64,000 bases of DNA from Podarcis vaucheri (lineage: Eukaryota). The notes beneath the pieces were generated by a model. It searched no databases and had not been told where the DNA came from. It was given only the letters and a program-made list of their open reading frames with translations. Shown here one piece after another: positions 1-13,242 of the stretch. The number at the start of each line of letters is the position of its first letter. Position 1 is the stretch's first letter. The position numbers and the translations under genes were made by a program. The DNA lies in the NCBI GenBank assembly GCA_965113315.1, contig OZ220369.1, one strand, 5' to 3'.

Positions 1-193
1 CCAAACTAGGTGACCATCATTCATGCACGTATGACTGGTTCTTTATCTAGTGGTAGGGGAGGCCCTCCATATTCTGGACTGGAATCAGTGAGGCCAAAGG
101 GTTAAAGCCCTCCTCCCTTACCCACCAGGATCTCAGTGTAGATTTGGTGGGGTGGGGTGGAAACCAGGACCAGCCCAGGACATTTTGCCAATA

Positions 194-434
194 CAGTGGT
201 ACCTCGGTTTAAGAACAATCCTGTTTACGAACGATTTGATTTACGAATTCCGCAAAACCAGAAGTAGTGTCCCAGTTTGCGAACTTTACCTCAGTAAAAG
301 AAAGGAATCCGAACGGTGGAAGGGCACCGGCGGTGGGAGGCCTCATTAGGGAAAGCGCGCCTCGGTTTAAGAATGGTTTCGGTTTAAGAGCAGACTTCTG
401 GAACGGATTAAGTTTGTAAACCAAGGAACCACTG
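194..434. mobile_element. Tc1/mariner (Tigger/pogo-like) MITE
   Basis: TA-CAGTGGTACCTCGG ... GGAACCACTG-TA. Confidence 0.85.
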
Positions 435-1346
435 TAGAGGCAAAGCAGAAAGTGGCCTCTCCTCCTCTGTGCACCTCCCCCCCCGTTGCCTGCTGCCCCC
501 CAGCCACCAGGTGATGCGAAGTGCACAGCAGAGGAGGCCAGTGAGTGCAAAGCGCACTCCACAGAAGCGGGATCTGGTCAGCACTGGTGGGAGACCCCCT
601 ACTCTTTAGTTTTTAAAAACCGATCAGCAGTGTGTAACAGAGAAAAGGGTGGAGGCTGTGGGCAGTCATCCTAGCTATAAAAAATGGAGTGTTACTGGTG
701 TGCGTCTATTGGAGTGTGTTTGGCTGCAAACTGCAGTTTGTTAAGGGTGCTAGCTCTACAGTTCCCAGGATTCTTTGGGAGAAGTCAAGCGCTTTGAACG
801 TATGGTGTGTATGCAGCTACTGAGCCAGAGCCATTGTGAGTGGCCCTCTGGGGATAAGGGAAGCAGCATTGGGGAATCTGAGCCTATAAAGTCCCAGTGT
901 ACATCTTACAATTGCTTTATTTTTATTTATTTTTCTGTTTGCAGCTTCTTTATCCACAAAAATGCTCCAAGTTTCATCTTGGAAGTGTGGGGGGAAATAG
1001 CTCCATCTAGTAAAAGACATGATCTGGCTTATTAGTAAATTGTGTGAAACGGCATCATTTTTAAAAGCTCTACTGCTATAGTTTCATACCTTGGCCTCAG
1101 TACATATTGCAAAGTCTTGTATAAACAGATAAAAATGGTGGCAAAAGGCATACACATTCTCCACACTTACTGGTGAAGAGTTGGGGGTGTGGGTGTGGGT
1201 GTGGGTGGGTGGGTGTCTGTGTGTAATTACAGCTGTCTTGGTGCTTACAGACCCTTTCACAATCACCAGCTGTTTTCTATTTTTAGTTGTGGATAGCTTG
1301 CATTTTACAGCTTGCCATGCTTATACAAGATAAAATTAACTTAGCT

Positions 1347-1603
1347 GAGAGCCAGTGTGGTGTAGTGGTTAAGAGCGGTAGTCACGTAATCTGGGAAACC
1401 GGGTTCGTGTCTCCGCTCCTCCACATGCAGCTGCTGGGTGACCTTGGGCCAGTCACACTTCTTTGAAGTCTCTCAGCCCCACTCACCTCACAGAGTGTCT
1501 GTTGTGGGGGAGGAAGGGAAAGGAGAATGTTAGCCGCTTTGAGACTCCTGAAGGGGAGTGAAAGGCGGGATATCAAATCCAAACTCTTCTTCTTCTTCTT
1601 CTT
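1347..1603 (+). mobile_element. tRNA-derived SINE (Squam3-like)
   Basis: A box tggtgtagtggtt, B box gggttcgtgtc, gggtgaccttgggccagtcac core, (CTT)n tail; older related copy at about 2218-2474. Confidence 0.8.
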
Positions 1604-4600
1604 TACAAGACTTCCGCAGGGTGGGTGGGGGGGACTGTCCTCTTGGAATTAGAAAAGGGCCAGCTATAATCCTAAGGCCACCTATTTCAAACCCATGGAT
1701 TTGGGTAGTGATCCTTTGCAACAGAACTTCCTTCCAGGTGACACTGAGCCTGTGCCAACAGTTAGCATCTTCAAACGAAGGTTCAAGATGTCTCTGTCTA
1801 TTCACTTGACTTGTATTGTTTTATAGATATTTTCTGTTGCTGTTTGCTGTGTTTTTATTATATTCTTGGCTTCTTATTTGTACAGCCGGAGTCATTAACA
1901 CAGTGCCCAGGGGCACACATTCACCCAAAGAGTCTTTCCCTGATAATCACAGTACCTTCTCTTCCAGCTGAATTGAGGCTTGAAAGAAGGCGCCCTTGAC
2001 TCAGAGAGCTCACAGAGTTGCAAAGCTCCATGGTACAGCATCTGTTTGTCCCTGGCATCTCCAGCTAGGGCTGGGAGAAAACCCTCTCTGAAATCATGGT
2101 CAGTGTGGACATTACTGAACTAAATGGACCAATGGTATGACTGAGCAGAAGGCAGCTTCCTATGTTCCTATCTACATATCTATCATATTTTCCCCACCTC
2201 TCCCTCTTTTTAGCAAGAGAGTGTGGTGTAGTGGTTAGAGTATCGGACTAGGAACTGGGTGGAAAGCAGGATTCTAGTGCCCATCAAGTCATGAGCTTCC
2301 CTGGGTGACCTTGGGCCAGTCACTGTCTCTCAACCTAAACTACCTCACAGGGTTGTTGTGAGGATTGAATGAGGACAGGGAGAAATGTGTATAAGCCATA
2401 CAGTATTGAGCTCCTTGGAGGGAAGAGGGAGGATATCGATGCAATAAATGAATGAATGAATGAATGAATGAATGATTTTGGTATCTTCTTTTTTTCTACT
2501 GAAGATCAGTTTTCCACATTTCTCCAAAAGTTTGTGTGGAAAAAACACCCGCACAAAAATTCATTGGCATTTTTACTGTGCATTTCTCATAATATACACA
2601 TTGTCACAAGCAATTTTGCCCAATACAAGTGTTATTTTCAGTGATCCATATTTATGCACACTTGCTCCTAAATATATGCATTTTTGTACATTTGTGGGGG
2701 GGGAGCACTGCAAAATTGAAATAAAATTAGTATTTTGAATGACAGCTGCATCAACGTTTGCATATTGCTTCGGAGCAGTGTGAATTAGGCCAAATTTATC
2801 TCCCACTCTTAGTTGCTAGCCTTTTAGCCATTGCTCCCTTGTGCAAGGCTGACTGAGATGCCCCATACTCATGCTTTCTGGCAAGGATGATTTCTCGAGA
2901 TGCAGTAAGGTAATTCGCGTAGCATTTCACTGCATAAGCAACTCCCAAATCCCACACAAATGAGGTTTACATTTTTGTTTGCAAATTACCCTCCGATTCA
3001 ATAGATGCTTTCTGTAAAGATATTAACTACAAACGCTTTTCACAACGCCTCTGGTGAACCACAATGCATATGCACAATGTGGAGTGGAGCTCAAATTTGT
3101 TCAATTCATGCGGTTTTACGCAAAAACAAATAAACAATCAAACACAAAGGGGGTGTGTGTTGGAATGCCCAAGCTGATTTAGCAAACACTCAAATTATCT
3201 AGGCCACCCTGAGATAAGTAGGCTCTTTTGTCAACACATTGGTCACTTCAAGTGAAAAGAAAGCTATTTTGTTCAGGAGAGGTAAGGAGGAGCTGGGCTC
3301 TTCAGCCCCAACAGTACAGGGTCATTCAGTTTAAAAGCTGATGAGAAGTCTCCAGGAAAAGGACAATAGCACTTAAAGAATAAGCACCACTTAGGGTTGC
3401 CAGACCTCCAGTTCTGACCCAAAGTCTCCCGGTTGACTGGCCCCCTCCAGGTGGCAGGTGGCAGGCTGGAATCTCCAGGTGAGCAAGAGTGCCTTTAATT
3501 TGAGAGAGAGAGCGCGTTTGCAAGCTTCAGCCCAGCAGGAGTTGACTGCAAATTATAGCACAGGCGCTCTGGGAGATCTGCCCTCCTTTGCCCCTTTCTC
3601 CCAATTAACCTCCATCTCCATCAGAAGGGCACCATGTTAGCCATCCTGCACACATCTCTTCCTGTAAAGCTGCAATGGCAGGATCAGCTCCATGTTTTAG
3701 CAGGCCCTCAGCATAGTGCCCTCTGGTGGGCTCCTCTTACACTCCCTCCCCATTAAGCTCTTGAAATTCACTGGCGGCGACAGTAGGAGTGTTCCAGTGA
3801 AAGCAAAAGCCTGCTGGATCAGGCCCAAGGCCCATCTAGTCCGGCACACTGTTCTCAAAGTGACTAAACAGATGCCTGTGAGAAACAAGCAAGCAGAATC
3901 TGAGCACAACAACACTCTCCCTGCAATTCCTAGCAACCGGTATTCAGACACACATTGCTTCCAAGAGTAGAAAGAGATCAAAGCAAACAATAGAAAATCA
4001 GATATAAAAGCTAGGTGCAAAATGGTTCCTTAAACCAGGGTAGAGTCATCAAAACGGAATGCCTACTTCCCATTTTGGGGCCAGGCAGACAGAAAGTTCT
4101 ATTTTTCAATGCAACTGTTGCGTTCCTGAAATTTATTCTGATGGTGCAGACAAAATATACTGGATAGAATTCTACAGGATGCGTTGCTAGTGTGTGAAAA
4201 CAGTCAAGATCCAAGGATCACCAGGCATTCACCTCCAGATGGTGGAGACCTCAGGTCCTGGGCATTTTTACTTGGTTGCAAGTGCCCGATAGACAGGTCA
4301 AAATGTGTCTGGCACGCTGATCGTAGCATTTTTCATGCAGCCCCTGGAGTCTGCAATCTAGGGATAGAAAATTGCTGGTGGGAAGGGATTCTTTACATGC
4401 TGGCCATTGCTCCCCTCTCTCATAATCACCCCCCTCGGGGGACAGATTGGGGGAAAGGAGCTCCCGAGCGCAGGGTGGGGGGAGTGCCAAAAATTCAGAG
4501 AGGAAAAACTGCGGTCAAGGAAAAAGCTAAGCGCCTCCTTCCCAATTGCTCCTTTCTCACTCCTGACTGCAGCCACCAAAGATTGCCTTCATTTAAACAC

Positions 4601-6434
4601 ACACAAACACATTGCAGGAACTTATAGTACAGAATATGTAAACATCTAGATCGGCTCTGGGAACCAGCAGAAACCAGAGGGCTCTTTGATAATTCCTCAC
4701 TTTTTAGTGGTAGCTCTCTCCCCTCTACTTCTGGGTTAGTGGTATATTGCAAAACCAACCCTTTGAGTTCTCTTGATGGGGGTCATCTCAACAAGTCTTT
4801 AATAGAAGCAGTAGTGAATGAACTGCCCAGCTCCTCGCCCTGTATCCTTACACAGCCAGATCTCTCATCCTGCCATGTTTAGGGATATTATGATAATCAC
4901 TGAAACTAAAAATGGCTTTATTTGCTCAGACTTAAAATATAAATTCTACTACTGCTCCCAGAAAACCGCCTTAGACTTATATAAAGAGCCTCTCAAAGCA
5001 GCCAGTAATTAATCTGTGATTTATCCTTAACATCGTCGAACGATCAAAGGCGGATACATATTTTGAAATGAGCAGGGGACCATAGAATGCTTGAGACCCA
5101 GCTAATATAGGGAATTATCAAAAGACCTCCCAAATGAATTGAGTTAATTCAAGCCTCCTTGTTCACAATTAGGCCATTATCTTAAAATCTGCAGTTCAGT
5201 TCCTCACCATCACATCTGCGCTCAAAAACAGACCCTCACGGGTGTTGGAGAATGGGGGGTGGGGTGGGTGAACATTTCTAAATCCTTAAAACTTCCACAT
5301 CTCCTGCTTTTTTCTCTCTCTAAAAATGAACAAATGTGTTTAAAGAGATACTTCTTTTAATGTGTGATTGATGCTGTCTAACCAAATTCTTGATGTTGCT
5401 TCCATTGTACAGCAAGGTATGCTTTGAGGAAGGGGGGGGCGTGGGGAACCAGCTTGTGTTGTGATAACAAAGACACAGAAAAATAGCTCCGTCTCCGCTT
5501 TCAAAGGGACAAGCTGTTTTAATTTCCTCTGAAGAAGCTCATTACAACATGATGGGCAAAATGTCAGGAATAATTAAACGGGGGGGGGAGCTATTTGGAA
5601 TCAATGGTCTGTTTGTGAGGACCTCCCTCCAAAAAAAATCTCTATCACCTGACAGGAATATTATTATTTTTTTAGGACAATAAAGCCTCTAAGTCTAAGA
5701 CACGAAATGTGCCACAAACATTTTCTCCCACCCCATTTGCCGAAACTTGAAAGGAACTTAATGTTGGAGCAGATGGAGGTGCAAAACATCATTCACTCTC
5801 ATGCTCACGCACAAATCAAGCTGTTTTGTGTGACAACAGAAGGAGCAAAGCTGTCTTGTGAAGCTCAAGAGTCAGTGGCCTTCCTTTGGTTTTATAGGGG
5901 TGGGGGTCACGCCTCCCGCCAGTCCTCAGGTCACGACTCTAAACATCAGTCCATCAAGATAAGAAGGTTGCGACAGATGATATTAATTACCTGCCCTTTC
6001 AAGCCATCATTGTCTCACATGTGGTTAACTCTTCATCATGTTCATCTCCAGGACAATAAAAAAGTAGGGGTGGGGGGTGGGGAGCTTCCACTGGGTTGCT
6101 TTGGCACAAGGAGTCAAGACCGTCACAGTCAAAAAAACCTTCCCTTTTGCAGGCATAGACTGTGGTACAGGGTGAGTTTTTCTGGGGGTAGAAGAACTAC
6201 ATGTTGGGGACAACCTCGCGGTTCCTTGGAAGCCTAGTGTGGTATCCTGTTTTCCATGGTAGCCAACCAAATACCTCTAGGAAGGAAGTTCATTAGCTGG
6301 GCATGAAGGCAATATTACTCCTCAGCAACACTGGGACTGAAAGGACGATGTTTGCAATAAACTACCTGAACCAGTGGGGTGTGGCAGATAGAAAGCTAAT
6401 CTGTTCTCCCCCCTCACTTCTCTTTTAGCAACTA

Positions 6435-6665
6435 CAGTGGTACCTCGGGTTATTTATGCTTCAGGTTACATACGCTTAAGGTTACAGACTCCGCTAACCC
6501 AGAAATATTACCTCGGGTTAAGAACTTTGCTTCAGGATGAGAACAGAAATCGTGCAGCGGCAGCAAGAGGCCCCATTAGCTAAAGTGGTGCTTCACGTTA
6601 AGAACAGTTTCAGGTTAAGAACAGACCTCTAGAACGAATTAAGTTCTTAACCCGAGGTACCACTG
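6435..6665. mobile_element. Tc1/mariner MITE
   Basis: TA-CAGTGGTACCTCGGGTTA ... TAACCCGAGGTACCACTG-TA; same family as 27416-27641. Confidence 0.88.
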
Positions 6666-6735
6666 TACTTCTGTACTTGTTAGTACATGTGTGTGTGTAT
6701 TGACTCTATTTTGGCCACATGTAAAACCTATACTT

Positions 6736-7184
6736 GGCAAGGTCCGTATAGTTAAAGCTATGGTTTTCCCAGTAGTGATGTATGGAAGTGAAAGCTGGAC
6801 CATAAAGAAGGCTGATCACCGAAGAATTGATGTTTTTGAATTCTGATGCTGGAGGAGACTCTTGAGAGTCCCATGGACTGCAAGAAGATCCAAACTATCC
6901 ATTCTGAGTGCTCACTGGAAGGACAGATTGTGAAGCTGAGGCTCCAATACTTTGGCCACCTCATGAGAAGAGAAGACTCCCTGGAAAAGACCCTGGTGTT
7001 GGGAAAGATGGAGGGCACAAGGAGAAGGGGACGACAGAGGACGAGATGGTTGGACAGTGTTCTCGAAGCTACCAGCATGAGTCTGACCAAACTGCGGGAG
7101 GCAGTGGAAGACAGGAGTGCCTGGCGTGCTCTGGTCCATGGGATCACGAAGAGTCGGACATGACTAAATGACCAAACAACAACA
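6736..7184 (+). mobile_element. 5'-truncated RTE/BovB-type LINE
   Basis: ORF2 C-terminal remnant (LKLRLQYFGHLMRREDSLEKTLVLGKMEG.RRRGRQRTRWLD-like); (CAA)n tail; 13-bp TSD AAAACCTATACTT at 6723-6735 and 7185-7197. Confidence 0.9.
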
Positions 7185-8777
7185 AAAACCTATACTTAAG
7201 GTTCTCTTTGTTTGGCACGAGTAATAAAAGTTTTCTTTATCCCTTCAACCGGCAGGCTTACCAGTCAATTTTATTTCTTCACACCATTGCAATATATTTA
7301 CCAAACTTCCAACAAGCATCTGGTATTGAGTGACATACGGCCTCTTAAGTCTAGTGGTTCGTTTAGCCATCTAAATTAGTGGCCATCCCTCCATCCTGCC
7401 TCTGGCTTCACAGCAGACTTCTAACTCCAGTGAGGATTTTAAGGCCACATCCACACCAGACATTTAAAGCACTATGATACCACTTTAAACAGTCATGGCT
7501 TCCCCCAAATAATTATGGGTGCTGTAGTTTGTTAAAGGTGCTGAGAGTTGTTTCAACCCCCCCCCCCCATTTCCCTCACAGTTTTTGTAGACTGCGTTTT
7601 TTCTTCCTGTTTTACAATCAAGCAGTGGATGGATTTTATGAAATGAATAAAATAAGCAGATAAAATAAAACAAGTGCTATGGTATTTAAGGGTGGTTTAG
7701 AAATTAATTGCTATTCACAGGGAACTCTGAGAACTGTGACAACTTTCTTGTTTCATTTGTTCCAGATGAAAATAATGACCTCATGGACCCACTCCCTGGG
7801 CTTAGATGTGGGTATGGACATCCAATGTGCTGGCACTGATGGGGGGCTGATGTTGACATGTTGATTTCAAACATCTAGTCAGATATTCGGCTACAGGCCT
7901 CTTCTCTGGCTAGAATACCATGACAAACGCCTGAGTAAAGAGATCAGGCCAGGAACATGCATGTTTCTCTTCCCTTCCCTCTCCAAAGATTGTGGCAGAG
8001 GAATTCAATTTATGCCAGGTCCCGGTTTCCTAAAAGAATAAAGAGTCACAAAAAGTTAAGCCAAATGGATTAACATTTAAAGGAATGTGTTTCTCTCCGG
8101 GACATTGGCTCCCACAATATGGTCTCCTTGTGTTTATAGCGACAGGTGCAGGTTAGCTCTTTATCTACAGCAAATCAACCAGGGGAAGAAACTAACGCCA
8201 TCTATAGTACATCTTTTAAAGGCTAGATAGCAAATGTCAGAACTATTTGATCTGGTTTTAGAAACCAACTTTCAAGATTTTGCAAGATTTCGCGTGCATG
8301 TATATATCTACACACACTTTGAAAAGATTTTAAAGGCAGATTTCTTTTTTAAAGAACAAACTTTTATGTGCGTATAAAATGGGAAAGCATGCTCAAAGTC
8401 TTGGGCAAAGAGAAAGCAGAGGAGAGAGCTATCTGCAGTGCACCATAAATCTATCCAAATGTGTGCCAGCAGCTGGATCTTTTTATGTGTGACATATGCT
8501 CTTGATGCTTAAGATCAACAGATATAGCTAGATTTATTGAACAACACAAGCATTAATTGTGTCTGGTCCAAAGTCCAGAAATACTTGATAACATACAAAA
8601 CTCTTGAAACGAAGAGCTATATGCTTGGAGTATCAAACTGACAGATACCAGGGTATGGGCAGGATTGGCCAAATTAGGATCAAAAGGGTTGTGTTCTTAG
8701 AATCGGGACTGAGTCAGAAGCCTTGGCAAGATATAGGACCAGGGCACTGTTTCGGAAGGGGAATAGTCTCCATACCC

Positions 8778-9684
8778 AGTCAAGTCCTTTATTACGGTCA
8801 TAGACCAGCATAAGCAAAACATCTAAATAAATAGCATAACAGTATGAATCTAAGCTAATAATTATTAAATAAATAGGAGCAAGAACCAAAGGTAGATTTA
8901 AACATATACATAGAATACTTAATTAAGCATAGACAATGGTTGAGTAAAAATTTATAAGAAAAATTAAAAGATTGGTTAACACAGCTATATGGGGTGGGTT
9001 TCAGAAGTGCGGATCTAACAATATGGGCCTTCAGTTTAGGATTGAATTGTAGCATAGACCATTCTTCGTTGAATATCTATCATGGCAGCACAAAATCTGG
9101 TGACTGAATATGTGACTTCTGGGCTCTCGTCCTATAGTAATAGGGAGATGTATGTTGTTCTGAACACCCAGGAAACTTATATAAAACGGGCTGGATAAGC
9201 CTAGTTCAAATGTCTACTGGCAATGAAGAAGGGCATGCTCCGCTGTTTCCTGCTGCCCAGAGCCACACGGGCATTTCCTCTCCTCGTAAGGTATCTTCCT
9301 ATAACAGCCTTCCTGAATTGCTGAAGGGAGGGCCTGACAACGGGCCAAAGTGAAAGCCCTTCTTTTTTTGGTATTTCGAGATTAGCTATGTATGGCACTT
9401 GGGAAGTCAAATATCTTCTAGTTTCGCTAATTAAAAATTTGGGGGACCTGGCTAGGTCTACCTGTCATTCTATATCTACCACACGCTGTTTAATATTGTT
9501 TTTTTGCTTGTTCATGCAACATGTTGAGTAGGATCTGTGGACTGAATCCTAAAATTGCTATTATATTTTCCACTGCTCGTTTCCATGTAGACTGAAATTT
9601 GTCTATAATAGTCAGAGAAACAAGGCCGCTCGGAAGGAAGGCTAGTCTCAGCCAATAATTAAGAGTGGCAAGCCACACTCTGGC

Positions 9685-9690
<6 letters not shown>
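8778..9690 (-). mobile_element. Decayed 3' portion of a non-LTR retrotransposon (RTE-X-like) with C-terminal Cys/His motif
   Basis: Frameshifted minus-strand translation RRAFTLARCQALPSAIQEGCYRKIPYEERKCPCGSGQQETAEHALLHC; 3' end gctggtctatgaccgtAATAAAggacttgact; family name uncertain. Confidence 0.6.

Positions 9691-9743
<53 letters not shown>
9689..9743. repeat. Compound (TC)n(CA)n microsatellite
   Basis: Seen directly. Confidence 0.95.
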
Positions 9744-9744
<1 letters not shown>

Positions 9745-9982
9745 TGAATGACTATTTTCCTCTTAAACACATTCAACAGGGTACCATAAGCATGGCACTG
9801 CAGTAGAAGGCTCTACCACCAAAGTATGCAGGTTTGGTTCTCAATCATATGGAGAAGGCCCTCCAGCTATAAGGGCAGGGACTCTCTACAAATGTTTTAA
9901 GGAATGTGCTTAGATAGGAGACAAAGTCTGCTGCACGATGCCACCCATAGAGGATCAGGATATCAGTGACTACTAGCCAAGA

Positions 9983-10564
9983 TACCCTTGTGCAAATTAA
10001 TTGAAACAAACAATGTAGTTTATTGTACAAAACTCACATATACATTAGTAATGGATATGACCTCAGCTATTTTTAAGCAGCATTTGAACACGGTTTGGCA
10101 TGGAGTCTAGTAGTTTTGAACAGTCACTGTTGATTTTCAGATCCCTGTACCACACTTGAATCAGCGCCTGAATGAGCTTCTCCATAGCCGTACAGTCTAC
10201 AGCACAGAGGTGACTATTGCATATAGCCCACAAATTCTCAATGGGATTTACGTCCAGGGAATTCCCTGGCCAATCAAGTACCTGTATTTGCTGCTCTGTC
10301 ATTAATTTCTTCACCACTTTCGATGTGTGACAGGGGGCTAGGTCCTGCTGCAATATCCCAGTGCCATCAGAATACCTCTTTTCCAACTCTGGAATAACTC
10401 TCTTTCGTAGAACCTCAATATATTGTGGCGAGCGCATCATTCTTTCTATTGGCTGCAGGCTTCCGACACCATAATGATCAACTGACTTTTCGTGTTTGTT
10501 TTGAGCACAGGATTATGGGTAAGATAGAAAACATGTTTTGTTTCAATTAATTTGCGCAAGGGTG
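9983..10564 (-). mobile_element. Internally deleted Tc1 (DD34E) transposon keeping both TIRs and the C-terminal transposase fragment (ORF 10063-10440)
   Basis: TIRs acccttgtgcaaattaattgaaacaaa / tttgtttcaattaatttgcgcaagggtg followed by TA; peptide QQDLAPCH...WPGNSLDVNPIENLW has 34 residues between D and E. Confidence 0.88.
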
Positions 10565-11783
10565 TATGTCCTCCACTGTCAGAGGAGACAGTACTGCGCT
10601 AGATGGGCCAATGGTCTGAATTTGTATAATGCAACTTCCTATGCTCTTATGATTAGACAGTCCTTTGGCATGATCCAGCAGCGTTCTTATGATCTTATAA
10701 CTCTAGTGATGTTATCCCAAGCTGCTCATCTGGAGAAAGTATCAGGAGAGAGATAGAGAGATGTAGCCTGTAGTACCTCATATGAAATAAGGCTCCATCC
10801 CTTTGCCCTGCATGCTTTGTAACTAACAAGCTTTGCTAAGAAGGACAGTGTGGTTTCCTTTCAAGCTTTCAGGTTTACTGCTGGTGATGCCCATTGGCGA
10901 TGGAGCATTGTAAAATCCTTGCTTGCAGCAAACTTTCAACATCCATGAGACAGATAAACAGTTCCAAATGCTGATGGTAGTTTCAGTAGGATTGCGCCAA
11001 TAACAGGCAGGAGACTGGCAAAGATTTTTGAGCTCTATGGACATATGGTACACATAATCACTTGCTGAAATTGGTGCACATATTAATTTCTTCTGTCTTG
11101 CTTAGTACACGTCAGCCAATGGGTTTCCAAGTGTCCTGGAATTCACTGCCAGAAGAAGAACTCCAGCTCCCAGCTCGGCTTCTGCCAAAGACTTTAATGC
11201 TTAAATAAGAGTGGTACATAGGCAAGGCACAGTTACAAGGTACAGCAGGTGTGTAAGAGGATGAGATACCTAGCTAGGTGCAAGCTAAGGCGCTAGTCCA
11301 ACAAGCAACATGTCCTCTGCACCTTGCTTCAAAGGACAGGACAGGCACAACACTTAGCATAGCAAATGGCTGTAGTCATGAGACTGGGCAATCCTCAGGG
11401 TGGGTTGAGCTTGCAAGGTGGGTTTGTGCTGGTGTTTCTGAGTCCTAGGAGATGGAGGCAGGATCAACACTGGTTGTTGAGAAGCAGGTAGAAGAATCTG
11501 ACCCTGAATCTGAACATATGGGTCACATAAGTTCCACAAAATATCAAATGTACTTTTCAATGTGACTGCCCTTAAACATCTATGTAGTAGGATAAAATGT
11601 GCATATAAATGCATTTATTGGTGAAAATAACATACAGAAATGCATTACATTAGGGGAAATTGCTTTGCAAAAATGTATGCACTGGGCAAAACTGCAATAA
11701 AAATGTGTGTATTAGTAGAAATTCACACAAAAATGCTTATGAATACTAAAAATAAATAAATCTCAAGCTGATGTGGAAACATA

Positions 11784-12137
11784 CAGTGGTGCCTCGCAAG
11801 ACGAAATTAATTCATTCCGCGAGTTTTTTCGTCTAGCGAATTTTTCGTCTTGCGAAGCACGGTGTCGGAAAACTTTTGGAAAAGCTTAAAAAATCACCAA
11901 AAACCTCAAAAAAGGCTACCACACCGCGTTCTATGACTTGCTCCTCGAAGTCAAGCTGCAACTGTATTAACGGTGTTAAGAAAAAGGAAACAAACTTGCA
12001 AAAAACGCAAGACGTTTTCGTCTTGCGAAGCAAGCCCATAGGGAAATTTGTCTTGCGAAGCAGCTCAAAAACCACAAAACCCTTTCATCTAGCGAGTTTT
12101 TCGTCTTGCGAGGCATTCATCTTGCGGGGCACCACTG
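11784..12137. mobile_element. Tc1/mariner MITE (CGCAAGACG subfamily) nested in an older repeat
   Basis: TA-CAGTGGTGCCTCGCAAGA ... TCTTGCGGGGCACCACTG-TA; homologous to 27756-28111. Confidence 0.88.
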
Positions 12138-12269
12138 TACATCATAGGGCTGAAAAAATGAGAACCCAAAATTGACATATTCACCCAAACCTAATGGTAA
12201 CTGGGTTGGTTCACCTTTCAGTGTGAACTGAATCAAATTCTTCCCCCCTGTCCCTAGCCCTAGTGAGTA

Positions 12270-12458
12270 CAGTGGATGCTCGGGTTGCGAATGTGATCCG
12301 TGCGGGATGCACGTTCACAACCCGCGTCTGCGCACACGTGGGTTGCGATTCAGCACTTCTGCACATGCGTGACCGCTGAAACCCGGAAGTAACCCGTTCC
12401 GGCGGTCCGTAACCCAAAAAAACACAACCTGAAGCGGCTGTAACCCGAGGTATGACTG
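12270..12458. mobile_element. Tc1/mariner MITE
   Basis: TA-CAGTGGATGCTCGGG ... CCCGAGGTATGACTG-TA; inverted homolog at 22587-22807. Confidence 0.82.
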
Positions 12459-13104
12459 TACTGGCCAGTTCTGGAAGCAAAACACCTTGTGTATGGTTTT
12501 TTTTGGTGGTGTCAATGTAGCAGAAATGACTGCTCTGACCTCCAGCTTAACGTGGGGGATGAGGAGAAGCAGTTTATGTTGGCATCATCCGATTAAATTC
12601 TGTACAGCTCAGCATTTTCCCGCTTGCAGAGATGCATTTTCAAAGCGGCGAGTAAGAGATACAAGTATAAATCCTATTATTTGCTATCAGGCGCGCTCAG
12701 CATCACCCCCACTGCACACGTCTTTGGAAACACAGGCCGTAATCTCAACTTGCCTACGCGCCCACTTGTAGGAGCAGACACGTCTGCCAAAAACATTAGA
12801 GGCCTGTGTTTCAGTTTCCCTGCCACCGCTTTCTCCTCCTCTCTTCCCTGGCAGGATTATGTTTGGGTCTGCTGGGTAGTTCTGCTTGTCAAGAGATGAG
12901 CTACTCCTACATATCCCGGTCTGATTTCTAAAGCGAATGTGTGTCTCCCTGCAAGGATAACGACGAGGACGTCTGGAAAATTGTTTAAGGAAACTTCTTT
13001 AATAGCTGCAGTTCTTTCTCGCTTCTCTCAAAATGGTCACCTCCCTAAGGATAGTGGCAGGAACAACCAATGCAGCAGCCAGATTATTGGATGGTGTTCC
13101 ATTT

Positions 13105-13242
13105 AGAAGTGGCTTAGTCATGCTGGCCACATGATCCAGAAGCTGTACGCTGGCTCCCTCAGCCAGTAAAGCAAGATGAGCGCTGCAACCCCAGAGTCGG
13201 TCACGACTGGACCTAATGGTTAGGGGTCCCTTTACCTTTACC
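13105..13242 (+). mobile_element. Sauria SINE 3' fragment
   Basis: Matches the 3' half of the two full copies and ends in cctttacctttacc. Confidence 0.8.

Noticed and set aside
1347-1430. tRNA genes at SINE heads (also 26510 and 55250)
   Set aside because: The A/B boxes belong to tRNA-derived SINEs with SINE bodies and tails, and no complete cloverleaf forms.
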